Shown here in pieces: positions 1 to 9,807 of a stretch of 64,000 bases of DNA. The translations under genes and the position numbers were made by a program. Source of the DNA: Leucoraja erinacea (lineage: Eukaryota); assembly GCF_028641065.1 (NCBI RefSeq), contig NC_073388.1, positions 24,056,001 to 24,120,000 on the forward strand. The letters are read 5' to 3'. The first letter of the stretch is position 1. Each line of letters opens with the position of its first letter. The notes under the pieces were generated by a model. It had not been told where the DNA came from and made no database searches. It saw only the letters and a list, made by a program, of their open reading frames with translations.

Positions 1-479
1 AATAACTTAGACAGAGGCTGGCAATGCTCCAAGCACTGTTAATGGCTGGCCATTCAGTTTGATTTATTAACATAGATCAAATTAATAGAATAATCAGAAA
101 TTGTGGCATTTTTCCAAATCAACTGTGGGAGAGTAATGGTTTCTTTGCTTTATAATCCCCATGATGCATACATCCTGTCATATTTTTGTAAGTGCAAGCG
201 AAGATGATTTAAAATAACTAAAGTCTTCTTTGCAATATCAGGCAGGAAAATTATTTGCAAAATAACTGCTTGTTCACCGATACTGACAACAATAATTTCT
301 TGGCCATAATATTCAAATTCTTGGCTTCAATTACAACAGGCAAATTAAAACACAAATGTGGTGAAATATGCACATGAAGCTAATACAGATGACTCTTCCA
401 CCTACACATATTTTTTGCAATATTAGTTCAGCACATGAGAAAAAGGCTTTAGCATAATAAGCATAGTGTAGGTGATCGA

Positions 480-1235
480 TGCATTATCAAGACCACTTTA
501 AACCGATCTGGAATAGGATCTATTTAGAATATATTTCTAAAGGTTGTTTTAAATATAGTGCAGTGGTCCATCAGACTATTGACTTTGATTTTCTGATCAG
601 TTGTGGTCATGAGACAAGAGAGATGTTGGAGAGAAGTGCAGCAAGACCTCGTTCTCAGATTCATAAGACTGAGTTACTGCACCAAATTTCAACTTTTGGC
701 CTTGCACAGTTCTGGTTGCCCCATTACAGAAAGGGTATATAGAGGCTTAGGAGAGGGTGCAAAAGATTTTTACCAGGATGGTACCTGAATTGCGGGGTAG
801 TAGCTGTAAGGAGAGGTTGGACAAGCAGATTGTTTTCTCAGCTACTTCGAAGGCTGAGTGGAGACCAAATAGAAATTTATAAAATTATAAATTGTATACA
901 TAAACAATCAGAATCTTTTCTCCAGGGTGGAAATGTCAAATTCTGGAGGGCATAGCTTTAAGGTGAGTGGGGGAAACTTTAAAGGAAATGTGTAGAATAT
1001 GTTTTTACACAGAGAGTGGTGGATGCCTGGAATGCAGTGCCAGGGATGGTGGTAAAAGCAAATATGATAGTGCTTTTTAAGAGGAGTTTAGAGAGGCACA
1101 TGAATTAGGCAGGGAGTGGATGGATACACAGAACACATGCAGGCAGAAGAGATTAGTTTGGCATCATGTTCAGCACAAACATTGTGGGATGACGGTCCTT
1201 TTTCCTGTAATCTACAGTTCAACATTTTATGTTCA
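480..1235 (+). mobile_element. Degenerate CR1-clade LINE 3' fragment
   Basis: Decayed RT C-terminal motifs (QFWLPHYRK; ttttttacacagagagtggtggatgcctggaatgc) and a CR1-like 3' tail. Boundaries approximate. Confidence 0.7.
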
Positions 1236-1377
1236 ATTGGGACAACTATAAGTAAATCAGTGAAGCATTAAATATACCCAAACTCTTAAAGTGTTGGTTT
1301 TACTTGAAAAGGTAAAATCAGAAAACCAGTACGTGGTAGTAGGGATTGGAATGTACAGAATGCTATTCTTTCTGTAG

Positions 1378-2093
1378 GGAATTGGCAACAAGTAGAGAGA
1401 ACTTTTGTGGAAAATCGAAAGCAAAACGCCAAAAATCAACCAGGAAATAGTTGGATGGGCGAGATGAATGCATTTAGATTGACCAAAGATCTTCACCATT
1501 CATTTCTATCAGTAATCTGGTAACCTTGAGGTGAAATAAAACAAGAAAACCCATCATTATTAAAGAAGCCTCAACGTCTGTGATTTATCTCAATCCTTCG
1601 CGATTAATGTATTGCCCTATTGTCTGGGTATAAAGTACTGATTCAATGCCACATGAGTTTAGAACAACTCATAAAATAATCATGCAAACAGAACCCTGGG
1701 TGCAAAAGGAGAAGCAGCAGAGCGATATGATCATTAGTGTTCATTATTCTTTAATTAAATAGACTAAATACAAAAGGTATCCAAGCTGACTCAAGACAAT
1801 CTAATGATTCTAACAGGGTCACAGTCTAACACTGGACAGTCCCAACTCTCAGTCCCCTTTATCATAATAAATGTTACTATTATTTGTCTGTCTTCTTGGA
1901 GCTTTTGGTTGGTCTGGAAAATAAAAAAGGACAATTTTTATTGAAATTAATTTGTTATTTGAGGCAAATGAACTGAATTATTTAAATAATCTGGCTGTTT
2001 AACCCTTTCACCTTTTAGGATGCAGAAAGTATTGACAATTATGTAGAACAATCAGATGGTGATGAGACTGTACTGAGTAACATGTGGTACTGA
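1378..2093 (+). CDS. Candidate last two coding exons (1378-1511, 2019-2093) of an unidentified convergent gene
   Basis: Acceptors ttctttctgtag|1378 and ctttcaccttttag|2019; donor 1511|gtaatc. Phases are compatible and give ...NWQQVERTFVENRK...HHSFLS/DAESIDNYVEQSDGDETVLSNMWY*. No recognised homology. Confidence 0.25.
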
Positions 2094-3421
2094 GGGTATG
2101 GAATAGAACAGGTAGCCACCCATGGTGCTTGGTGAGCAGTGTCTCTGCCTACCTGCTCCCTCTCCTGGAGAGGCTGCATGAAGTTCCCTGTCTCCCCTCT
2201 CTCTCACTCAGCGAATTTTGCTGTGCTGACAAAAGAGATGCTGTTTACCATTGTTTCTTTCTCACTCAGGGAACGGGTTGTGCTCTGGTTTGTAAGGTAT
2301 GTTAAGAGATGCCTGAAGAATGCTATTATCTGCAGTGAGTTGCTTAAGGTGCCAATGGTCCTGATCACCTAATCCTTAGACTCCAGCATCCCAAAAGTCC
2401 TGACATCCGATCTTCTCATGACCTGATGATCTTAACCCTCTGATTTATCCGTGGCAATATCCCATATACCCAATCATCTATCCCTGCCACCCACGTGATG
2501 GAGGGCTTGATCTCCACCTCCCCCTGGCTGGACCCGATCCTTTAATATAGCCAAATACCTACCTTTCCCAAGCTTGATCAGGCCTCTACCTTTGGTTGTG
2601 ACGTCCTGGTGCTACCTTCTGCATTGGATGGTTTAATTTTGGTGACAAATCCCAAACTGCAATGGTCACTGGTATATCGCACATTGACCTATCGCTTGAC
2701 TATAATTACAGATTATACTTTTTGAGTGCCTGGAATGTTTTAATTGATCTCACATACCTTATGTAGCACACGGCGCTTCTTGTGCTCTACTCATAGGCTT
2801 TACCTTCAGGACTTACACTTTTCAACATTGTCTCTAACTTTGGGTTCCCCAGCAAATGTTCTTAAATATTCAGGCATGGAACAGAGAGCCAACTGGGCAC
2901 CTGCCTCGCAGCTTAAGAGCAGAGAGCTTCATCACTTCACACTGTGAATATGTGCCTCCTGGTTTCACTTGAGCAAGTAGCTAGCCTCCTTTTGTTCCCA
3001 GAACAAGGTACAGGCCAGAAAACAACATTTTGCACCGTGATCACACAGTGCAGTCTCAAACAATACACTTTTCTGTTGACCCTATATTCTATTTTTGCTT
3101 TCAATTGCAGCCTTTAACCAAGATTTTTCAACATGGAATACTGTGGAAGTTGTGGATTTTTAGAGGTTTGCATATTTTACTCCAGTTTGCTGACTTTTGA
3201 AGTGAATTGTAAATTATTGCATGAATTAGCAGTTACTGAATCATATCGTACTAATCAAATTCCAATATGCAAACAGGAGCAAGGAGCTGAGAATATTTTA
3301 AGACCTAAATATTAAGGTGAAAAGGTCAAACTGAGATTTCATACGGATGGACACGACATGCAGATTAGCCCACTACACCTGTTGAGATATAAAGCTGACG
3401 GGTATCAGCGGAATGAGCTCC

Positions 3422-3564
3422 TTACTTTCTCTTGTTCTTCGACTCTGTGGTTTGAAAGACGCTGGAGGCTGACATGAGGTTTTCAATGTACTGACCGAGC
3501 ACCTGGTTCTCAGACTTGAGTTTCAGGTTCTCTTCTTTGACAGCATCAACTCTAGCGGACAGAT
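3422..3564 (-). CDS. SCOC: SCOC-family short coiled-coil protein, last coding exon
   Basis: (D)[46 protein letters not shown], nearly identical to the vertebrate SCOC C-terminus. AG acceptor 3566-3565; TAA 3424-3422. Confidence 0.95.
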
Positions 3565-3600
3565 CTGTAAACCAAACATGATGGTCGGGGTAGAGATGGG

Positions 3601-4104
3601 AAACATAGGAACATAGGAAATAGATGCAGGAGTAGGCTATTCGGCCCTTCGAGCCTGCACAACCATTCAATATGATCATGGCTGATCATCCAACTCAGTA
3701 TCCTGCCTTCTCTCCATACCTCCTGATCCCTTTAGCCACAAGGGCCACATCTAACTCCCTCTGGCCTCAACTACCTTCTGTGGCAGAGAATTCCAGAGAT
3801 TCACCACTCTCTGTGTGAAAAATGTTTTTCTCATCTCAATCCTAAAATATTTCCCCCTTATCCTTAAACTGTGATCCCTTGTTCTGGACTTCCCCAACAT
3901 CGGGAACAATCTTCCTGCATTTAGCCTGTCCAACCCCTTAAGAATTTTGTACGTTTCTATAAGATCCCCCCTCAATCTTCTAAATTCTAGCGAGTACAAG
4001 CCGAGTCTATCCAGTCTTTCTTCATATGAAAGTCCTGACAACCCTGAAATCAGTCTGGTGAACCTTCTCTGTACTCCCTCTATGGCAAGAATGCCTTTCC
4101 TCAG
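3601..4104 (-). mobile_element. CR1 LINE 3' fragment in SCOC last intron
   Basis: ORF 3751-4233 contains LAIEGVQRRFTRLI...YEERLDRLGLYSLEFRRLRGDLIE...FFTQRVVNLWNSLP. Tail of ctatgttc repeats ends about 35 bp from the exon acceptor. Confidence 0.9.
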
Positions 4105-4129
4105 AAACCAAACAAACCAGCATGAGTTA

Positions 4130-4546
4130 CAGATCCACCACCGATTTTCCAGCAACCAGTGGTCCGGCAATCCGGATAAAATTACGAGAGTGCATTTGAA
4201 ATCCGCACTGGAATTCCATCGAAAATGTGGCACCTCAGCCAGGTGAGGCAGCCAATCTCTATATCAGGACCTCCGTGCCAATCAGCTGGTCAAATGTTCC
4301 CCCCACCCTCCCTGCAGCCAGGGCCCTGGAACTCTGGCCCGACCGGAGCCGGCAGATCCATTCCCATGGCTAACTTCCAAGGCCGACACTGCAGGCCGGT
4401 ATCTTGGCTCCACACCGTTCTCAGACCGTTCAATCCCTCCCAGAGCACGTGACCTCTGTTTGTCCGGCAAAACAGATAATCCAGAAAGCTCTGGATAATC
4501 CAGTGGTTCTGGAACCAAGGATGCTGGAAAATTGGTGGTGGACCTG
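4130..4546. mobile_element. Non-autonomous Tc1/mariner (pogo/Tigger-like) MITE
   Basis: Imperfect terminal inverted repeats (TIRs) cagatccaccaccgattttccagca / tgctggaaaattggtggtggacctg, flanked by TA at 4128-29 and 4547-48. Confidence 0.75.
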
Positions 4547-4765
4547 TATTAATTAAGTTAAGGGGAATGAAAATGTTTTTTTTTTTAAACTGAGAGAATG
4601 AAAGACAAAGAAGGGGAGAGATAGAGCAGTAAATGAAAATCAAAAGGACTACAGATCAGATACTGGAAATAAAATTAAAAAAAATTATGAAAACATTCAG
4701 CAGGTCAGGCAGTATCCATGTTAAGATAAACAGTTAACCTTTCAGATCTGTAAAAACTGTAAACC

Positions 4766-5023
4766 GCTGATGCTGGTTTATAAAAAAGACGACACAAAGT
4801 GCTGGAGTAACTCAATGGGACAGGCTGCATCCCTGGTGAACATGAATAGGTGATATTTCGGGACTGATATTTCATATGTATGGACACAACATATAGATTA
4901 GCTCACTACACCTGCGGAGATATAAAGCTGACGGGTATAAAGTTGTCTGAAGAGTGGTCCCAACGTCACTTACTCATCTTCTCCAGGGATGATGCCTGAC
5001 CCACTGAGTTACTCCAGCACTTT
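4766..5023. mobile_element. Fold-back pair of Penelope-derived terminal repeats enclosing a SCOC 3'UTR copy
   Basis: Inverted arms (aaagtgctggagtaactc ... gagttactccagcacttt). The spacer 4863-4938 matches 3330-3405 at 67/76 nt. Confidence 0.8.
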
Positions 5024-5872
5024 ATGCATAATGTTTCAACACAGTTACCTTTTATTAGAACAGAATTTCTGACAAAGGTTATAGGGAGCTGAAACATTAA
5101 CCCTGTCACGTTTACCTATTCGCAGTGTGAAGTGATCAAGCCCATGAGCTACGAGGCAGGTGCTTAGATGGCCACATTCTGTTGCGTGTCTGAATATTTA
5201 AGGAAAATCTCTTTCTACAAATACTGCCTGAACTTTCTAAACATTTCCACCATCTTCATTTTATTTAATATGGGAGTTAGAGCAGACAAGATGCAGGTGA
5301 CATTTGGAATGGCGAGGAAGCAATTTGGTTATAATACAGACATGCAGTGAAGTGAGCATAAAAAGGGAATGAAGGAGTGAGAGAGAATGACTGCAGAGAA
5401 AGAGAACACAATGAGAATAAAAAAGAGAGAGAAAAAAGTAGCAGAAAACAGAGCAACATTCAAAAAAAGCAATATAAAGAGAGAAAAGGGAAACGTTAAA
5501 CTGGCAAAAGCAATCAGTACAAAAAGGGTTGTGAAAGAGTGGAGAGCAGAAACACCAGCTTACAAAAATATTATGGCACCAAAAGGCAGACAGAGAAAAA
5601 TGCAAAGATTTATAAATCAGTAAAGAAATAAAATTGAAACTAGCATTGAAAAAAGAAGAAAAAATAACTCAAATCCAGAAATAAAGATAAGTTAACAGAA
5701 GAAATAAAGGTCAACCAGCAAAGAGGTAAATATCATGAGAGAAATATGAAACTGAGAAGGCTCAATACCAAAGAATAGAGGATCCATCAGGGAAAAGGGT
5801 GAGGGGGGGGGGGCACAATGGAAGGCAAAAATCCTTATTTACTTTTAAACTGAGGTGGTAACAAATAATCAC

Positions 5873-5956
5873 CTTCGAGTGTGTGCTGCAGTTCCAAAAC
5901 CTGGTTTATTAGCCTTGTCTTCTCCTCCAGCTCCTCTTGATTTTCAAAATCTGTTC
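5873..5956 (-). CDS. SCOC: SCOC-family protein, coding exon 3
   Basis: (G)TDFENQEELEEKTRLINQVLELQHTLE; 84 nt, phase 1-1; AG at 5958-57, GT at 5872-71. Confidence 0.95.
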
Positions 5957-6304
5957 CTTTAATGATGGAAAAACAAGCAAGCAGATAACAGTGTGAAACA
6001 GTTAGCTTGAAACAATTCAAGCAGTAAGTCTCAGTGCAGGGAAACCCCTCTCTCGCCAATGTTCTCAACACAATATGAAGTAAGATGACATTAATCCACA
6101 CATGACGATGCAGATGAAACTGGAGCAATTCTTCTCTGTCATGTGATGCCCAACAGGAAGACCCACTGCTCCACCAGTGGAAGACATTAACATTCTGGGA
6201 CATGGTTCCATTTTTCAGCCCAAAAGGCCAGTAGAATCTATTTCCCAAAATAATGACATGAGTTTGAGCAACATTTTACATCTGTCGAGAAATCTGGTTC
6301 TAAG

Positions 6305-6541
6305 AAGACACAAAGTGCTGGAGTAGCTTGTGAAGTCGGGCAGCATCCCTGGAAAACATAAATAGGCAGTAGCGGACTGGCCAGGGTGTCCGATGGCAAG
6401 TGGGCCCCTGATGAAGTGGGCCCCCTATATCAAGTGGGCCCTTGATGAAGTGGGCCCCCTTTGTCTCCTGGCAACCAATATTTTTAGACCCAGTCCGCCA
6501 CTGTAAATAGGTGACGTTCAGGGCAAGATCCTTCTTCAGAC
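6305..6541 (-). mobile_element. Penelope-derived terminal repeat, interrupted by a MITE
   Basis: gacacaaagtgctggagta...ggtgacgttcagggcaagatccttcttcagac; same family as the other hammerhead-bearing copies. Confidence 0.7.
6367..6503. mobile_element. 137-bp hAT-type MITE
   Basis: 14-bp TIRs cagtagcggactgg / ccagtccgccactg with 1 mismatch. Perfect 8-bp TSD taaatagg (6359-66, 6504-11). Four internal aagtgggccc motifs. Confidence 0.85.
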
Positions 6542-6599
6542 GGGTCTTTTTTTGGTTACGTCAGCTTCTTTCTTGTCAGTTACATTGAACAGTCCTTAT

Positions 6600-6830
6600 T
6601 TTGGGCGTACACCAGCCCTATCTTCCATCTCTTTCTCAGCTGCATCAATGACTGCATCAAGGCTGCCTCCTGCACCCATGCAGGGCTCATGAATTTCATT
6701 AACATCACCATTAACTTCCACCCTGACCTCAAATTCATCTAGGCTATCTCTGACACTTGCTACCCTTCCTTGATCTTTCTATTGCTATTACTGGGACAAA
6801 CTATCAGCTGACATCTATTATAAACCTTCA
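6600..6830 (+). mobile_element. Penelope-like retroelement RT fragment (decayed)
   Basis: Translates LFLSCINDCIKAASCTHAGLMNFINITINFHPDLKF*...PFLDLSI...DIYYKP, a decayed version of the Penelope RT YIDD / FHP.LKFT / PFLD / YYKP blocks. Confidence 0.7.
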
Positions 6831-7064
6831 ATAATCTTACTACATTTTCACTGTTTCTAATCATGATTTGATCAGTGGTCTGTTTATGAAACCACACACA
6901 GCACATTATTCCAGATCATTTATGAAGCCTTGATGGTCACAATCCTCCTCCCAGTATGTTTGCCATTTCAATGCATTCCCCATTTCATGGCATCCAATCT
7001 ATCCTAACAAACTCCCACAACTGATATTTTCAGTTGCTGCCAATGGGATCCTCAGTAAAATCGA

Positions 7065-7350
7065 AACACAAGGAACTGCAAATGCTGGAATCTTGTGGAG
7101 TGCTGGAGTAACTCAGCAGATCAGACAACATTCCTGGATGACAATGGATGGATGATATGTTAGGTCTGGGCCATTCTTCAGACTCATCTGAGAGAAGAGT
7201 AGAGCTTCTTCAAAGTAGGCATACTTTGAGGAGAGTTCATCGTGGTGCAGTTAAATTTGAGATACAGGAAACTGCAGATGCTGGAATCCAACACAATGTG
7301 CTAGAAAAATTCAATGACTCTGGGGGACAATGGGTAGGTGATGTTTCAGG
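7065..7350 (-). mobile_element. Two degenerate Penelope-derived terminal-repeat copies
   Basis: ggaactgca(a/g)atgctggaatc ... ttcttcag occurs twice (about 7065-7185 and 7262-7350). Confidence 0.6.
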
Positions 7351-7734
7351 TTGGGACCCTTCTTCAGTAAATATGTAATTGAAATTTTGGTTAAGCGTTT
7401 TTTGATTGTCACTCACAGATAGGTAGAAGTGAGAGTTGTCTCTTCAGACCCTTGCGACTGTTCTACCACTCATTTAGATCAGTACCTCCTTCTACCCGAC
7501 CTCCATCTCCATCTCCCCACAGTGTTTCAGTAACATTAATTGCTTTCCATGATAAAATAAAAGACCTCCAGTCCTGAAATGTTTAATTGGCCCAGAATGT
7601 GGGAATGGGACATTTAGATGGACATTTAGACGACGTTCCTACACTTCTGTGGATCCCTATTAGCAACAACTCTCACCACACCACCACCGTGGTCATCACA
7701 ACCGCGATCACCCCCCCTACCCTCTGCTCTATCA

Positions 7735-7900
7735 CCGCAGGTTATAGAGTGATACAGTGTGGAAACAGGCCCTTCGGCTCAACTTGCCCACATCGGCCAA
7801 CACCAGCCACACTAGTCCCACCTGCCGGCGTTTGATCCATATCCTTCCAAACCTGTCCTATCCATGTACCTGCCTAACTGTTTCTTAAATGTTGAGATAG
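7735..7900 (-). mobile_element. CR1 3'-tail fragment
   Basis: Closely similar to 52670-52830 (ggaaacaggcc...cctatccatgtacctg). Confidence 0.7.
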
Positions 7901-8149
7901 TATTGGAGACGCTGGTGAAAATGTACATTTAATGTTCGTAGCACTGATTATATCGAGCCTGGTAACGAAAAGGAATAATTCATTTCCACAGTCTTTGCAT
8001 TTTATTAGCAATTTCGCCCTGCATTTGCAGTGGAAGTAATGGCTCCCTATTCCCCTCTAAGACACACGACGGCGAGAGCAGGGCTCCACCTAATGCCGTG
8101 TGTAACCACTCAATGACCACAACAACTAAACGCTGGCGTTGTCAGCTAC

Positions 8150-8236
8150 CTTCTGTATCTGCATTCATCTTGTCATCAGCCTCCTGTGGAATTTTCATTC
8201 GATGGCGTCGCCTTGAAGCTCCTCGGAATCGACAAT
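8150..8236 (-). CDS. SCOC: SCOC-family protein, exon 2 (ATGs at 8198 and 8168)
   Basis: Ends MKIPQEADDKMNADTE(G), compare human SCOC MMNADMD. Acceptor tttatttcag|8236; donor gaag|gtagct. Confidence 0.85.
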
Positions 8237-8599
8237 CTGAAATAAACAAAATAAATAAAGCGAGGAATCGGTGCGCAGGGTCCAGGTCTCATACAAAGCC
8301 TCCTTTTATGCTGCCCGTGCTTTCGCCCCACACGGCGCGGAGACAAATGGTTGTGCGAGTCCAGAGTCGCTGCCCATCCGGCCCCTGAGACACTGCAGCC
8401 CACGTCCACTCGACATTTGCAGAGATTAATGTCGGTTGAGTGAAGTAACTGCCGAGATTCACCATCAACAGCAAATTCGGGAAGATAGCGGGCAAAATGT
8501 ACACACCACCCCCAACCTCCACGTCCCATCGCCGCAATCTGTTATCAACGGAGCAGGCATCCGGCGTGATGCTGGTCCAAGCCGCGCCCTGGGTCCATG

Positions 8600-8950
8600 T
8601 CTCTGCACCTTCCCCTGCTCCTCTGTCACCCCATCTACCCCGGTCCCAGTCTGTGAATCTTCCCCAGATCCATGCTTGCACCTTACCCCGCTCATCCCCA
8701 TCTACCCCGGGCATTGCACCTGTCACCACACCTTCCCCCAGCTCTCTGTCTGTGCACCATCCCCGGCTCCATGTCTGTGCATCTTTCCGGAGACCCTGTC
8801 ACCCCACCATTCCCGACTCAATGTCTGAGCATCACCCCCGGGTCCCTTTCACCCCCGGCTCCCCCGGCTCCCTCTCTGTACATCATCCCCGGGTCCACGC
8901 CTGCACCATCCACGCCTGTGCATCATCCTCGGGTCTGCATCCAATGATGC
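8600..8950. repeat. C-rich degenerate tandem/low-complexity repeat in SCOC intron 1
   Basis: Recurrent tgcaccatccccgg / ccatgtctgtgc units. Confidence 0.55.
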
Positions 8951-8999
8951 ATTGCATGATGCTCGAATGCAGGGGTGCACGTTGTCCCGCTTACTCGGT

Positions 9000-9260
9000 C
9001 TTGCTTTCTGTTCTGCCCCATAGCTGATGGAGCGGCTTGGTCCCCCCCTGCCCGGGAAAGTGAGAGCGGAGGAGGACTTGCTTACCTTCGCTGCGCTCAG
9101 CTCCTGCCTGCTTGCTGTCTGTGGCGGCGAGCGCTGGGGACATGCGTCAGCCCGCAGTGCGGAGAGGCGGTGCAGAGGCAGAGCCGCCCTCTCGTCTACC
9201 CACACACCGCTGCCTCCTTCCGCCAGAGACACCGCCATCGGCCCCCTTACACCACTGCCA
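9000..9260 (-). promoter_or_regulatory. CpG-rich first-exon/promoter region of SCOC
   Basis: Local GC and CpG enrichment in otherwise AT-rich DNA, surrounding the putative exon 1. Confidence 0.5.
9086..9143 (-). CDS. SCOC: Putative SCOC exon 1 (N-terminal extension MSPALAATDSKQAGAERSE)
   Basis: ATG at 9143; strong donor gaag|gtaagc after 9086; phase 1 joins exon 2 in frame with no stop; GC-rich context. Confidence 0.6.
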
Positions 9261-9807
9261 CCCTCAGTATAGTCACCGCTGCAACAGTGCATCGCCCTTA
9301 CACCTCTGCAACCTCCCTGTTCTATTGGTCCATCCTTTATCACTATTGTCTGTACATCAATGTTGTCACAATTGCAGTCCTCTCGCCGCTGTTGCATACC
9401 TTGTCACCATTTCTTTCCACCAATGCAACACCACTAATCACTATAACTGCCCGTGACATGAGGGCAACCGCACCACTGCCTGCTCACTGCCTCACACCTA
9501 TAACCACCACTGCAACCACCCGAGTCTGGTCCAGCCCGGACTTATCTCCATTGATTCCCTGTATCACCAGAACTGCAGCAGCTCCCTCTTACAATCTCCG
9601 ACTTCCTTCTTCACCGCCACTATCAGTACATCCTTACATCCTGCATAAACATCATTGCACCCATAACACTGTATGTGTGTCACCAGCGTTTCTTTACACC
9701 AGTTTCATCCCTCATCCCTTCACCACTGCCACCTTATACCATCAACCTGTATGTGCATCAGTTAGCAATATTGTATCCTTATATTATTACTGCACCACCA
9801 ATCGGGT

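Noticed and set aside
5261-5800. Lys/Arg/Glu-rich ORF 5387-5623 and its hydrophobic antisense ORFs
   Set aside because: Purine-rich intronic low complexity with no splice or homology support.
6398-6460. Short spaced repeats resembling a CRISPR array
   Set aside because: Units are about 11 bp with 5-7 bp spacers inside a hAT MITE, in a vertebrate context with no cas genes.
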